A DNA stretch of 64,000 nt from Saprolegnia diclina VS20 (lineage: Eukaryota). Position 1 is the stretch's first letter. Every line of letters begins with the position of its first letter. The notes beneath the pieces are model-generated. The model was not told where the DNA came from. It searched no databases and saw nothing but the letters and a program-made list of their open reading frames with translations. The stretch covers positions 839,344-903,343 of the forward strand of contig NW_008246075.1 of NCBI RefSeq assembly GCF_000281045.1, written 5' to 3'. This document shows, one piece after another, positions 37,925-50,267 of the stretch. Both the position numbers and the translations under genes were made by a program.

Positions 37925-39099
37925 ACGGCCAAATGAACAGAGTGTGTTTTTTAACTTATAAAAAAGAGCTTCTTTCTTCGTATCGTTGCGACTGACGAGC
38001 GTGCACTCCTCTCTTGAGGCTCGAAAAATAAATATCCTAGTAGTGTAGGACTAGGCGAGGCGAGTACACTCAAACATGCGCGATACCTTGCAGCTGCAAC
38101 ATCCGTCGTCGGGCGGTGGCTTCCTCTACGACGCAGTCGCTCTGCCGTTCTCAGCCCACAAGTCGACCATCCGTGCCCTCTGGCCGATCTTGCGCGCTTG
38201 CATTTGGTACACAGTCTTTGACTCGAGCGCAACAACCGCGTGTTCCGCACGACATTGACACCCCTTCCCGCGGCTGCGTTCGCGATCAAAGCCGCGATTG
38301 CATATCCGGCACTTGGCTCGCCGCGCCGTGGAGCCTTCGCTGGCCGAGTCGCTCCATGCCCTACGCGCCGACCCTTGGTGTGCTCGCTGCCACATCCCTC
38401 ACTCAATCCCGAGCCCCGACCACGCGCCCTCAGCTTGACGTACCGGCCAAACCTCACAAGTGCACTAGGAAGTCCACCATTTTCACTATATATTTGCATG
38501 TTGTTGTTGGAATGAGTCTATTGAGATATTTATATATTTGCATGTTAATAACTCATTTCAACACTCAAGCAGCCGAACGGAATTTACCGAATTGCAATCT
38601 AGTGTTTCAATCGCAAAGTCGAATTCATGAATTGAAACTTCAAAAATGGCTTCTGCGAAGTATCATCGCACGGGCGGTCTGGCTTTCGACCACTGATAAA
38701 ACGTACGGTGGGGACGACGCGCCGCCAAAGCACATGTTTGTGGTCGTCGGCGAGAAACCGAATACTGACTCGATCGGACGCTCGACAATAGCTTCTTGCC
38801 TGTCGTAGAGGACAACAAACACACTTCTGCAGTGCTTTGGCAGACAGCGAGTGACCTGGAGATCGACCGGAAGCGTCTTGCGCAACGGTGTGACAGCTGC
38901 CGACACAAACGTCGACGACACACCCGTGGGCCGATGGTATCTCCGCCCTGTTCCGTCCAGTGTCTTGTCCTGTGCATTACGGTAGTATGAGGCCACGCGT
39001 CTGTTGGAATCTGGCTGACGCACTGTACTCTATCGTCACACGCGCTCTTTCCTCACGTTTGCAGTCGGTTCCCAAATTTTCATTTTTGAATTGGATACT

Positions 39100-40361
39100 A
39101 TGGGACGCTGCCTGCTCTTGTGTCTGCTTGTATCGCTCACGGCGACGTCGCTCGTGCACGGCCATGTGCAGACGACGATTCGGTCGGGCGCCGCGACGGC
39201 GCGGGGCGTCAACCTCGGCGGGTGGCTCGTCCTCGAGCGCTGGATGACCTCGTACGCTGAGATTTGGAAGAAGGTGCCAGAGAGCATCAAGGACCATGGC
39301 GAATACGCGGCGATGGCGGCCGTCGGGCGCGCGACAGCGGACCCGCTCATCAAGATGCACCGCGACGCGTGGATCACCGAAGACGACATCAAAGAGATTG
39401 CCTCATATGGCATGAACTTGGTTCGTGTGCCCGTGGGCTGGTGGATCTACGAAAAACCGCAGGTACTAGCATCTACGCACAACCTTGCGGCGGTCGCTAA
39501 CGCTACGTAGGAGACCGACTGGCAGCACTTTACGCCCGGCGGCCTCGCGTACCTCGATCGACTCATGAACGAGTGGGCCATCAAGTACAACGTCGCCGTG
39601 CTGCTGGACATCCACGCCGCCAAGGGCTCCCAGAACGGCCGCGAGCACAGCGCGGCGCCCGTGTTTGGCGCGACCAACTTCACCGACTATGCGGTGAACG
39701 TCGACCGCACGATTGAGGTATTGCACTTCAACTTCAACCTGAAACCGTCAGGTTGGAATAGACGGTACTCTTTCTTGTGGACCGGTACAAGCGCGCACCG
39801 GCGTTTCTCGGCATCGAGCTGCTCAACGAACCCGAGTGGTGGCAAGACCAGAAGAAGGGCACGGACCGCGCAAAGCTCAAGCAATATTACCGCGACTTGT
39901 ACGCGACGACGCGGGCGCTCTGCGGCGACTGCGTCGTGGTCATTTCGCCGTTTCTGTCGGAGCAAGACAGTGCCCATGGCGAGTGGGGCGCGCTCTTTCC
40001 CGATAGCAGTCCCGTCAACAACTGGATCGACTGGCACAAGTACCTGAAATGGGGCTTTGAAGGCCAGAACATGGACCAGATTACGTCGAGCGGCGTCGAC
40101 AACATTGAGAAGGACCTCAAAGCGTGGTGCGGCAACAACCGCGTCTTTATGGGCGAGTGGAGCCTCGGGCACCCCGACTCGGCCCAAGCGCAATTCCAGG
40201 ACGACGCCAAAGTCGCTCTTCTCGGCCAGCGCCTCGTTAACGCACTCGATTCGGCCAAGGCGGGCTGGACGTTTTGGAGCTGGAAGGCCGACTATGGCAC
40301 GCGGTATGGCGACGGCTGGAACATGCGGTCGCTTCTCCGCGACAAGCTCTTGAAGATTTAG
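39100..40361 (+). CDS. GH5 exo-1,3-beta-glucanase-like glycoside hydrolase, secreted; 3 exons
   Basis: Signal peptide, RGVNLGGWLVLERWM, VRVPVGWW, DIHAAKGSQNG, acid/base LLNEP, nucleophile GEWS and GWTFWSWK. Confidence 0.92.
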
Positions 40362-40496
40362 CTGCTCGACTACGATCGGGCCGTTAATACAAGGGCGAAT
40401 ACACGTTGCAGGCACACTGCATGTTGTTTTTATCAGGCGCAGAGGTCAGGACGTGTGCTCTGACAATGGCACAACAGCACGCCATTGTATCGAAAT

Positions 40497-41664
40497 TTAG
40501 ACGCCTCCGGTCAAGGCCGCATGGAGCGGACTCGTGCCCATGCTCCGGAGACGAAAGTTGTAGAGGCGGAGGATGTTACTGATGCGCCGACGACGCAGCT
40601 CGCGGTCAAATGGCAGCGGGTGCCCGAACTTTCGGTAAACGCGCTTTATATGGGCCGTGCCCCACTCGGCGGCGCCGAGCAGCGACGCGATACCTTGCTT
40701 TTCGCTTATACTAATGTCGTCGTCATCGGCAGCAGCAAGCGGCGTCTCAATGCGGCCGTCGCTCTCGCTTGTCACTGGAAACGTCGCCGGCGCGACAAGG
40801 ATGTGGTCGGGTCGCAACTTGTCCGCGGCTGTGTGCTCGAGTTCTTCGTAGACGTCGAGAGCAATGTCGATAAAGTTGGGCAAATTGTGCTTGTACCATA
40901 AAAGGGTCCCATCGACGCCGACGATCAGCATGCCCCAGACTGCATCACAGTCGAGCCACTTTGCCTCTGGCTCGATGCGTCAAACCTTTGGTCATACGTT
41001 TACGAGTCGTACCGTCTGTGTCTTCAAAGCGGCGGCGGTCGGTGACCGTCGGGGCCTGCACGGCGAGCGTGCATACATCAACGAATCCAACGACACCCGA
41101 GACCTCGGGCGACCGTGCCTCCGTCGCGGCTGCGAATCGCTGCAGCGTCGCCTGGGTCGGCCACGCCACGGCCGCGTTCGGGACGTCGGCAAGCGCCAAT
41201 GCGAGCGCCGCCTCGGCTTTGGGAAAGATGCGGCTGAGCGTCGACATGGTCACACCAAAGAGCTCGCAGAGACGCGGCATGTTGTGCGCATTCGTGTACA
41301 TGGCGAGCACGAGGCCGAGCGCGGCGTGCTTGGGCACGCTGGTCGGCCGCCCGGGCAACCCAGCCCCCGACTTGATGTCATAGTGCCGCGCAAACACCGT
41401 CAAGAGCTCGCGAAACGCTTCTGGCGGCAACGACACGAAACTGAGAAAGGCGGCAGCGTTGCGTCCACGGTGGAGCTTGTACCAAGGCCGGTGCTCCTCG
41501 ACGCGCGGCAGGAACGCGCGGCGCACGCGCTGAATCTGCTCGATCTCGGCGCGCAGCTCGTCGCGGAGCGCTGCCTCGCATGCTTCCGAGGCGCGGAGTT
41601 GTGCTTTATGGGCTCTGTCGCGCCGGGCTTTGTCGAGAATCAAGTTGTAGAGCAAGTACCGCAT
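40497..41664 (-). CDS. PIF/Harbinger (DDE_Tnp_4/HARBI1-like) transposase-derived protein; 2 exons
   Basis: A 46-nt GT-AG intron at 40967-41012 joins the two ORFs into 373 aa. HTH-like LCELFGVTMSTLSR, then WPT, GFVD, GVDGTLLWYKHN, AAEWG and RLYNFR. Confidence 0.75.
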
Positions 41665-42095
41665 TAGGAATCTGCTCCAAATGGCCAAATGTCTGGTGCA
41701 TGCGGTGGCGCGGTCTGCTATCCGGATATCAGATCGCGTCGCTCTTGGCCATTCATTTCATGTAGGGATCTGGGTCGCGGCGGCGGTCGGCGTCTGCGTC
41801 GGTCATTTGCGTCATTTTTGGTGGCGTCGACTTTTGCAGTTGGCGTTCGCGCCAGACGCCATCAAATGATTTTTTGCGATGTTTTATAATATAAGTTTGA
41901 AAGATGCATAGAAAACGTAAGTTTGTGTGTACGCATTTATTTTATTTTTAGAAACTGTGAATTCTATTTTTGGAGGCATCTGAGAACTGAGTCGCGTTGA
42001 TGGACATCAAATGATTTGGTAACAGCAATACCTTCTATTTAGTTACATCAATATCTTCTATTTAGTTGGTATCTACTAACACTTGTGGACTCTAT

Positions 42096-43991
42096 CTACA
42101 TTTCGTCGTCGTCGTCATCGCTATCGTCATGGTCATGGTCATGGTCATGGTCGTGGTCATGAGCGTCGTCATACTCCTCGCCTTCCGCATTCTCGCCTTC
42201 TGCTGCGTCGTCCTCGCCGTCGTCTTCAGCCGGTGGACCCTCGACATCGCCAATGACATGAACCTCCAAACACGCGGCAGCGTCGCTCAAGTGTTCGCTC
42301 GTCTTGCGCTTGGCACCAGAGACCACCAGCTGCAGTCGGAGCCGGTGCACGACCTCGTTCTCGGCGTCCCCGCCTGGCACGACGATCGTCGAGTTGACGT
42401 GCGTCGACGTGGTCGGGCGAAGCGTGCTTAGCAGCGTGCGGTCGCCGGCCGTGTTGTCGTACCACACCTGAACAGCGGCAAAAGGTACGTCCGACGCCTC
42501 GACCTCGTAGCCGTTGTCGTCGACCATTGTCGGTGCGACGCGGAGGCAAAGGCTTGCGATCGAGAGGCGTCCGCCGACGCCGACAACAAACGGAGCGGGC
42601 TGACCGGCACGGACGACCGTGGCCCACGGCGCCGTCTCGTCGAGGCGTTCGGGCCACGCGGGCAACGGGTCGGACAACGACCGCTTCGGGATCTTGAGTG
42701 GGAGCGGCTGCGTCGTGGAGAAGGCGTCGACGCCGACGAGACGCTGGAGGTCAGCGTCATTCACCAAGCAGTCGTTCAACGATGCCTCGATCTCGCGTCG
42801 GTTCATGTCGGCACCGATAAAGACAATCTCTTGCTTGCGGTCACCAAACGGAGCAACATAGTCCGAGTGAATGAGCGCTGCGTCGGCCGCCGGGACGTTC
42901 CAGTCGGCCTCGGGCTGCACACACCACCACGGCTGGAGCGGCGAGAGCGAGAGGAGACGGCCGTGCTGGTTCCACTCGACCATCGTGTCGTCGCGGCCAG
43001 CAATCCACGCAAAGCCTTTCGAGCGCAGAATCGGCGACGGCGCACTCGGCAGCTGCCACGGCGCAGCGCGGTCGCCGGGAAACACGACATCGCCCTTGAG
43101 GCCAAAGTGCTGGCGCACCCAGAGCGCAAGGCGCGTCGGGTCGAACGGGCGCCGTGCCCGGTACACAAACGACCCAATGCCGTACTCGTCTTGCTCGCTT
43201 TTCGTTTCTTCGCTGCGTAGCGACTCCATCCAGCCGACGCTTTCCTTGGCGTCGTCGAGGTTGAAGCGCTTCGTGTGCAGAATGGTCTCCATCGGCACGT
43301 TGGAATACTCGGCGCAGACGATCGCCGCGTGCGGGTTGAGCGTCCGCAGCAGCGCAAGAACCGATGACTTGTCGTTCACAAGGTCCATCTTGTTGAGGAC
43401 AATGACGTTGGCAAACTCGACTTGCTCGATGAGGAGCTGGCTCACGTGCTTGGTGCCTTCGCTGCTCCCGTCGTCTTCAACCGGAAAGACCTCGTGGAAC
43501 TGGCGCGTCGACGACACGAGGTTGGGAAACTCGAGTCCGTCGACCACCGTCACACACGTGTCGAGCGCTGCGAGATGCGCGAGCATCTTGTCGTCGCTTG
43601 TCGCAAGCGTCGCTGTCTCGACGTCGAACGCAAACGACTCGGCCACCTGCATCGGCTCGGCGATACCCGTCGACTCGATCACGAGGTAGTCATAGACGCC
43701 GAGGGCGCGAATGTCGGCGATCGCGCGAATGAGGTCGGTGCGGAGCGTGCAGCAGATGCACCCGTTCTGCATCGCGACAAACTCGGGCTTGGTCTGGACA
43801 ACGCCGGGCCCTTGGAGCAGCTTGGCGTCAATGTTGAGCTCAGCCATGTCGTTGACGATGACCGCGATGCGCAGCTTGTGCTCGGGCGACTCGAGGATGC
43901 GCTTGAGGAGCGTCGTTTTCCCCGCGCCAAGGAACCCCGAGAGAAGCGTCACGGGCAGCGGCGGCGTCGACGTGCGAAGGGAAGGCGCCAT
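42096..43991 (-). CDS. COG0523/CobW-family (ZNG1-like) metallochaperone GTPase with a C-terminal extension and acidic/His tail
   Basis: LSGFLGAGKTT, IVNDMAELNID, GCICC, IESTGIAEP, QVEFAN, NKMD, CobW_C motifs LRSKGFAW and GDRKQEIVFIG. Tail HDHDHDHDHDH followed by poly-Asp. Confidence 0.92.
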   Translation of the reverse strand: MAPSLRTSTPPLPVTLLSGFLGAGKTTLLKRILESPEHKLRIAVIVNDMAELNIDAKLLQGPGVVQTKPEFVAMQNGCICCTLRTDLIRAIADIRALGVYDYLVIESTGIAEPMQVAESFAFDVETATLATSDDKMLAHLAALDTCVTVVDGLEFPNLVSSTRQFHEVFPVEDDGSSEGTKHVSQLLIEQVEFANVIVLNKMDLVNDKSSVLALLRTLNPHAAIVCAEYSNVPMETILHTKRFNLDDAKESVGWMESLRSEETKSEQDEYGIGSFVYRARRPFDPTRLALWVRQHFGLKGDVVFPGDRAAPWQLPSAPSPILRSKGFAWIAGRDDTMVEWNQHGRLLSLSPLQPWWCVQPEADWNVPAADAALIHSDYVAPFGDRKQEIVFIGADMNRREIEASLNDCLVNDADLQRLVGVDAFSTTQPLPLKIPKRSLSDPLPAWPERLDETAPWATVVRAGQPAPFVVGVGGRLSIASLCLRVAPTMVDDNGYEVEASDVPFAAVQVWYDNTAGDRTLLSTLRPTTSTHVNSTIVVPGGDAENEVVHRLRLQLVVSGAKRKTSEHLSDAAACLEVHVIGDVEGPPAEDDGEDDAAEGENAEGEEYDDAHDHDHDHDHDHDDSDDDDDEM

Positions 43992-44005
43992 CGCAAGCAA
44001 AGGTG

Positions 44006-44021
44006 AAAAGGCAAAGTGAGC
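44006..44021 (-). promoter_or_regulatory. Inr/FPR-like core promoter
   Basis: GCTCACTTTGCCTTTT about 15 nt upstream of ATG 43991. Confidence 0.6.
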
Positions 44022-44388
44022 TGCCATTGTTGCCACCTTATCGGCGAGTCGGCATGCCAAGGGCGCCGTCGGAGAGGGCGGGTCCGACGGCGGCGGTGAG
44101 ATCCGACGACGGCGTCGTTGCCGTCAAGGTCAACAACCACGTCACACCCTCGTTCCTTGTTATCCGGCGGCGGGCTATCCGACGGCGGCACGGTCGGACG
44201 TTGACACAAGACAAGATCTTATATGGTCTTAGGTCGTTGCACCGACCAGGTGGCGCCCTCGTGGTATCAACGCTACGATTTGATGTTCCTCAGGACCTCT
44301 GCTCAAGTATGTACAAAGTCGTCTGCCGACGCCAGTTGAAACAAAGATACCATTAAACTACGAGAGTATGTATAAAATATAAAGGCAG

Positions 44389-47300
44389 CTAGCGCACAGC
44401 GACGTAGTCTTCATGCACCTCGGACGTCGGGACGACCATGCCGCGCGCGACGCCCTTCTCTTGCGTCTGCTGGCTCGCAAAGTTGTTGAAGATTTGCTCC
44501 AAGGTCGTTTGCGCCACCGTATACTCTTCAACGTGGTACGCGGCCTTGCAGCCCTCGAGCATCGAAAAGACGGACGAGAGGAGCAACGTGGTCGGGCTCA
44601 CGAGCTTGAAGCGCGCGACGTCGTTCTGGCGCTCGAGCAGCTGCGCATGACCAGCCCCCATCGCGGTCGCCAAGAAGGCGTTGAACGCCTCGAACCGGTC
44701 TTCCGTGAGCCACCACGTGCAAAAGTCGCGGGCGCGGATGTACTGGTTCTTCGCGATTGACTCCATGAGTGTGTACCCTGTCGCGTGGTCCATCGCGATG
44801 CAGCTGCTGCGCTGCGGCTTGCCAAGGCGGCGGCACGCTTCCTGCGCGTCTTCGAGGCTCAGTGTCGGCGTCGCGCCAAACTCGCGCTCGACAAAGTCCA
44901 GGATCGCATCGCCCGGGACGTGCGCGAGCTTGATGTGCATCATGAGGCCGTCACCGAACCGGTGCTTGAGGTGCTGGATGCTGCCGAGGCAGCGGAGGCG
45001 GCCACCGACCATGATACCGACACGCGTGCACAACGCTTCGCACTCTTCCATCGAGTGGGTCGTCAAGAGAATCGTCGACTCTTTCGAGCGCGTCGAAATG
45101 TCGGCGATCACGTCCCACATGAAGCGGCGCGAGACCGGGTCCATACCGGTCGACGGTTCGTCGAGGAAGATGATGGGCGGCGCACCAATCATGGCGATCG
45201 CGACAGAGAGCTTGCGCTTGTTGCCACCGCTCAACGTGCCCGCGAGCTTGTGCTCAAAGTCGTTGAGGTTCATTTGCGTCATCTTCTCAGCGACGGTATC
45301 GTTGATGCGACCGGACGGCACGCCCTTGATCGCCGCAAAGAGCTCCAAATGCTCGCGGACCGTGAGGAGATCCATGAGCGCGTCAAACTGCGGGCAGTAG
45401 CCCATGAGCCGGCGCACCTCGATCTGCTGCGACAGAATGTCAAAGCCGCCGAGCGTCGCCGTGCCCGACGTCGGGAGCACGTCGCCCGTCATCATCTTCA
45501 TCGTCGACGTCTTGCCAGCACCGTTGATACCGAGATACCCAAAGCACTCGCCCTTGGGCAGAGCGAGCGCAATGTTGGACACACCGACCTTGCCGCCCTT
45601 GTAGACCTTGCGGAGGTTGCGCATGACGACAGCGTCGTTGTCGGCGCGACCACTGTTGACGCGATCCGCCTCGGCTTGGACGTCGACGTCAATGTCCACT
45701 GGTGCGTCGACGATGACCGGGTCCTTGGAGAGCTTGGCCTTGATCTTGGGGAAGCTGAGCGCATAGTCGATGCCGATCGCGAGGATCGGGAAGAGCACAG
45801 CTTCAATGGCGAGGTACATGATCTCGTAGCCAATGACGTCGGTGCTGAAGGACGACACTTCCTTGGTCGTGCGGCCAAACGTCGACCGGATCGTGTAGAT
45901 GCTGAGCTGGTTGAGCGCGTTACCGACGCAAAAGAGCGGTGAGAGGCGCCAAATGAACTTGAGCGACGGGTTGATGTCCTTTGTCGAGTCGATGACGTCG
46001 AGAACGACCGAGACCGTCATGAGGACCGTGCCGAGCGCGATGTTGGTCATTATCGTGTACGTCTGGGACGACGCCGGCTCCGAAAAGAGGTACGAGAGGC
46101 AGTAGCAGAACGAGCAGAGCGCAAAACCCAAAAGTACAAAGAGCGCAATCACGGCGCCGAACGGGTTGGCCGCGCAACCAAAGCAGTCGTGGCCCGTGAA
46201 AGGCGTAATGTCAAAGAGGTAGATCGCAACAAGACCGATGACACACGGAATCATAAACAGGAGCATGTCCCACGCAAAGTTGGCGAGCCAAAACGCCGGA
46301 AGACTCACGCCCGACACGAGCTGCTGGTGTTTGGAGTTGTGCGAGTGGTGCTTCTCGTTGACAAGATACGGGACAATCGACGCCGTGAAGAAGGCGAACG
46401 CGAGCACGACAAAGATCGACGTCGCAAATGACATGAACGTCGTGAAGAGCGTCTTGGTCATGGCGGTCAGCGGCAGCGGGTGGCTCGTCACCTTGAGCGT
46501 GATGCCAGGCTGCTGCGTAAAGAGCTGGTACAGCGTCTCGTCAATCGCCGCCTTGTAGTTGGGCGCCGCGTGCACAGCCGTCGTGTTGATGAGCACGTTA
46601 TAGCCGTACGTGTTGTCGACCGACGACGCCTGGAGCACGTAGCCGCCGAGTTGACCGAGCACCGACGTCGCTCCGGCCCCACCGTAGCCGCGCTGGTACA
46701 CCTCGTAGCCAGTGGCAAGGCAGATGCCAGTCGTGTCATTGGCTGCGATCGCTGGGTTGGTGTACGTGATGCCAAACACGGTCGGGTTGTTGGTCGGATA
46801 CGCTGGCGTCGGCACTGAGAGAAGCGAGACCTTACCAGCCGCGTACGCAGCTGGGAACGCCGCGCACCACGCTGCGTCACCTTGGCACGTCACGGGCACC
46901 GGCGTCGAACTGCCGTAGCTCTGCAGGTTGATGGACATGGCCGCGTCGTTCTTGGAGAGCGAGCTGAACTTGAGAATGCACATGCCGAGAATCAAAAAGA
47001 CAACCGGAAGCACAGCGCCAAAGAGTACAATCTTCTTGTCGCGCTTGGCCGTGCGGAAGCGCTTCTTGAAGAGTGCGACAAAGTGACGGCCAAACATGCG
47101 AAGCCGACTCGGCGGCGCCTCGGCCGTGTTGATCTTGTAGCCGGCGGGCGAGAGGAGCGGACTCGCATCATTGCGGGGCTGGAGCGTGTGCTGCTGGTGC
47201 TCGTCGCCAATCTCCGCCACCTTGATAAAGACCTCTTCCAGCGTCGTGACCGAGATACCGTACGAGAGGACACCGAGGTCGCTGCTCTGCGCTTCCAAAT

Positions 47301-50267
47301 CCGCAAACATGGCTGCAAATGACGGCGCGTGATCCAGCGGCAGCTGGAACGACATCTCTGTCCCGACGTTTGAGAGCACCTTGGCGACCGGAATGTGCGA
47401 CTGGACAAACGCAATCAGCGCCGTTGTGTCGCACGTCTCGGTGCGAACGAGCGCAAAGTTGTAGCCGGCGCCGTACCGGTTCTTGAGAAAGAGCGACGAG
47501 CCGACGCAGCGCAGCTGCCCTTCGGCCATGATGGCAATCCGGTCGCCGAGGATATCGGCTTCGTCCATAAAGTGGGTCGTCAGCACCACGATGCGGTTCA
47601 TGCGGTTGTTCATGATGATCTCCCAGCTCGACCGGCGCGAGTACGGGTCCATGCCAGACGTGGGCTCGTCCAAGAAGACAATCTTGCTGTCCCCGAGAAG
47701 CGCGATCGCCAGCGACAGCTTGCGCTTCATGCCGCCCGAGAGCTCGCTCGACGCCACATGGCGCTTCTCCGTCAAGCCGACTTCAGCAATCTTGTCGGCG
47801 ACTTCTTCATTCAGCGCCTTGCCCGAGAAGCCCTTGATGCGGCCGTAAAAGATCAGGTGCTCCTCGACCGTCAGCTCGGCGTAGAGCACGTCGTGCTGCG
47901 GACACATGCCCAGCGACTGGCGCAGCTCCGAGAGGTCGTTGCGCAGCGAGAGGCCGTTGAAGGTCGCGTCACCGCCCGACGCCGGAATCATACCGGTAAG
48001 CATCGAGATGAGCGTCGTCTTGCCCGCACCGTTGTGCCCCAGAAGACACGTGATCTGGTTCTTGTACATGGTGAGGTCGAGGCCCTTCACAGCGACCTTG
48101 ATGCCACCCGGCACCTTGAAATCGCGCCGGAGCTGGCGGATCTGGAGTGCTTCACCACTCGCCTCTTGCGCCTTGAGCTCCATCCCCACGGGCTCGATGG
48201 CGTCGTGGGCCGCACCCTCGACGTACGCCGCGTCGTCGACGTTGAGGTTGGTCTGGACGAGACCGGCGCTGCGCTTGTTGCGCCAGTACGACGGCGAGAC
48301 GAGGAAGTACCACTTCTCCGTGATGCCATAGTCCTTGGGCACAACCTTCTCGAGGTAGAGACCGAGAAGCGTGTAGAGCACAATGTCAAATGCCATGTAG
48401 TACAGACTCGTCGAGAACCGAAAGTTCTGGTACGGCTCGTTGACGTTGCCGAACGTGATCCCGAGCGAGCTCGCCTCCGCGTTGGCCATGGTCTGAACCC
48501 CAAACGCCATGGCCACGGGCGCAAAGATGCACATGGCGTTCTTGGTCGACTCGGCAGTCGTCGCCGAGAAGCCGGACGTGATGAGGTACATGACAAAGAA
48601 GAGGATGATGCCGACGTACGTGCCAATGCGCGACTTGGAGAAGACCGACGACACCATGAAGCCGAACGCGAGGACGCTCCAGCCAAAGAGGAGGAAGAAG
48701 ATGAAGACGAGCACGACGCTGCAGTTGGAGAAGAGGTTGGCTTTGCTCGCGGCGGCTTGGAGAATCGCGGCCACGACAAAGATGGCGCCATACGTTATGT
48801 ACCACGACCAAATGATCGCGCGGTCGTGGACGCCAAGGATCTTCATGAGCTCGCGCGACTTGTTCTCCTTCTCGGTAATGAGCGCGACGAGAATCGACGA
48901 GATCGAGAAGAGGTACGAGATGATAAAGATGATGGCAAAGAACGACGAGACGCTCGTGTAGAAGGGCGACGACGTGTAGCCCTGGATCGGGAACGGGTAC
49001 ACGGCTTGGCCAAAGTACGGCTGCGGCGCCTGACGCAGTGGCGTCAACAGCGCCTGCTTGGACGCTTCTGGGATCTGGTCCAAGTTGATCTTGGTCGGCG
49101 AGAGCTTGTTGAAGAAGCCCGCGATCGTCTGCAGCGTAAAGTCATTTTGGACTTGGCCAAACAGCCGCGCATCGAGCTCCGGCGACGCAAGCGCCGTCGT
49201 CTTGGCGTTCGTGCAGTTGCCCGGCGCGCCATTCACGTACGTCGGTTGGCACAAGGCGAAGCGCGTCACGAGCGTCTGGAGCGTCATGAACCCGGTGAGC
49301 GCGTAATTCTGGTAATTCGTGACCGCGATCGACTTTTGGAGCGGGTCGAACGCGGGAAGGTTGGTCCGCGGTACGTCGCCCGGGATCCCGCCCTTGCCAA
49401 GCGTCGAGTTGAGGCGAATCGAGTAGTCGAGCGAGACCGCCGACCCAATTTGAGCCTCGGCCGGTGGTGTGTTGAAGACGATCGCCGAGTGAATCCGCGG
49501 ATGATCCAGATCCTTGCCGTACAGGTTGTCTACAGGTTTGTTTGAGCATTCGTATCGCTCCTAAATGCATCGTTCGTACCTGTGACATGCGACTCGAGCG
49601 TGGCTTCGTCCGAGAAGAAGATGATCGAGTCACCGAACGCCGGAATCGTCGGCTTGCCAATGATGCTCGAGGTGTTCGTGAGGGGCACGGCCGGATGCCA
49701 CGCCGCAATCGTTTTCGCAAAGTAGTTGCGCGTGAACGCCGTATCGGGCACGACGGCGATCTTCCATGGCACGACGCGGCCCATGCATTCCTTGGGCACC
49801 GCGTTGGGCGAGGTCGGGTCGAGGCTCACCTTGCCCTGCACGACAAAGGCCGAGCACGAGAGGTTCTGCGTCAGCGTAAAGTCGGCCATCGACTGCGCGT
49901 TCTGGAACGCTTGCACTGCGAGGTTCATGAGGAGCGCGGCCATCGTCGACTCGGTCGTGTAGTACTTGGAGTACGTGGCATTCATGAGGCGGCTCGTCGC
50001 GTACAGGTTGTAGCCCGTCCCAAGAGTTTTGTCACCCGGCGGGTTGGTCTCATCCGCCCAGCCCGATGGGACCTTGACGTCGTCCATGAGGTGCTTGAGG
50101 CCGCCGAGGAGGATGATGAAGGCGACGGGGACGATCATCTCGAGCGCCCACTTGACCGGATGCTTCTTCTTGAGGAGGAAGTTCTTCCAGAGGAGCGGCC
50201 GGATGTGGTCCGGCGCTCGGGCCGGCGCCGAGAGCACCGGCGTCGGCGACTGCGCGGCCGATAGCAT
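44389..50267 (-). CDS. Full-length ABCA transporter; intron 49530-49579
   Basis: LLWKNFLLKK, NBD1 (LGHNGAGKTT, LSGGMKRKL, LDEPTSG), NBD2 (LGINGAGKTS, LSGGNKRKL, DEPSTG) and C-terminal TTLEQIF. Confidence 0.95.

Noticed and set aside
38076..39023. Several 60-230 aa ORFs between PPT1 and GH5 (likewise 29900-30300, 53477-54345, 56300-57300, 59450-60300)
   Set aside because: No recognisable domains and weak codon bias; at most decayed remnants.
40497..41983. Possible TIR pair TTAGACGCCTCC / GGAGGCATCTGA around the Harbinger-derived gene
   Set aside because: Only 10 of 12 match, the left copy lies in the last codons of the ORF, there is no TSD, and it is unrelated to the MITE TIR.
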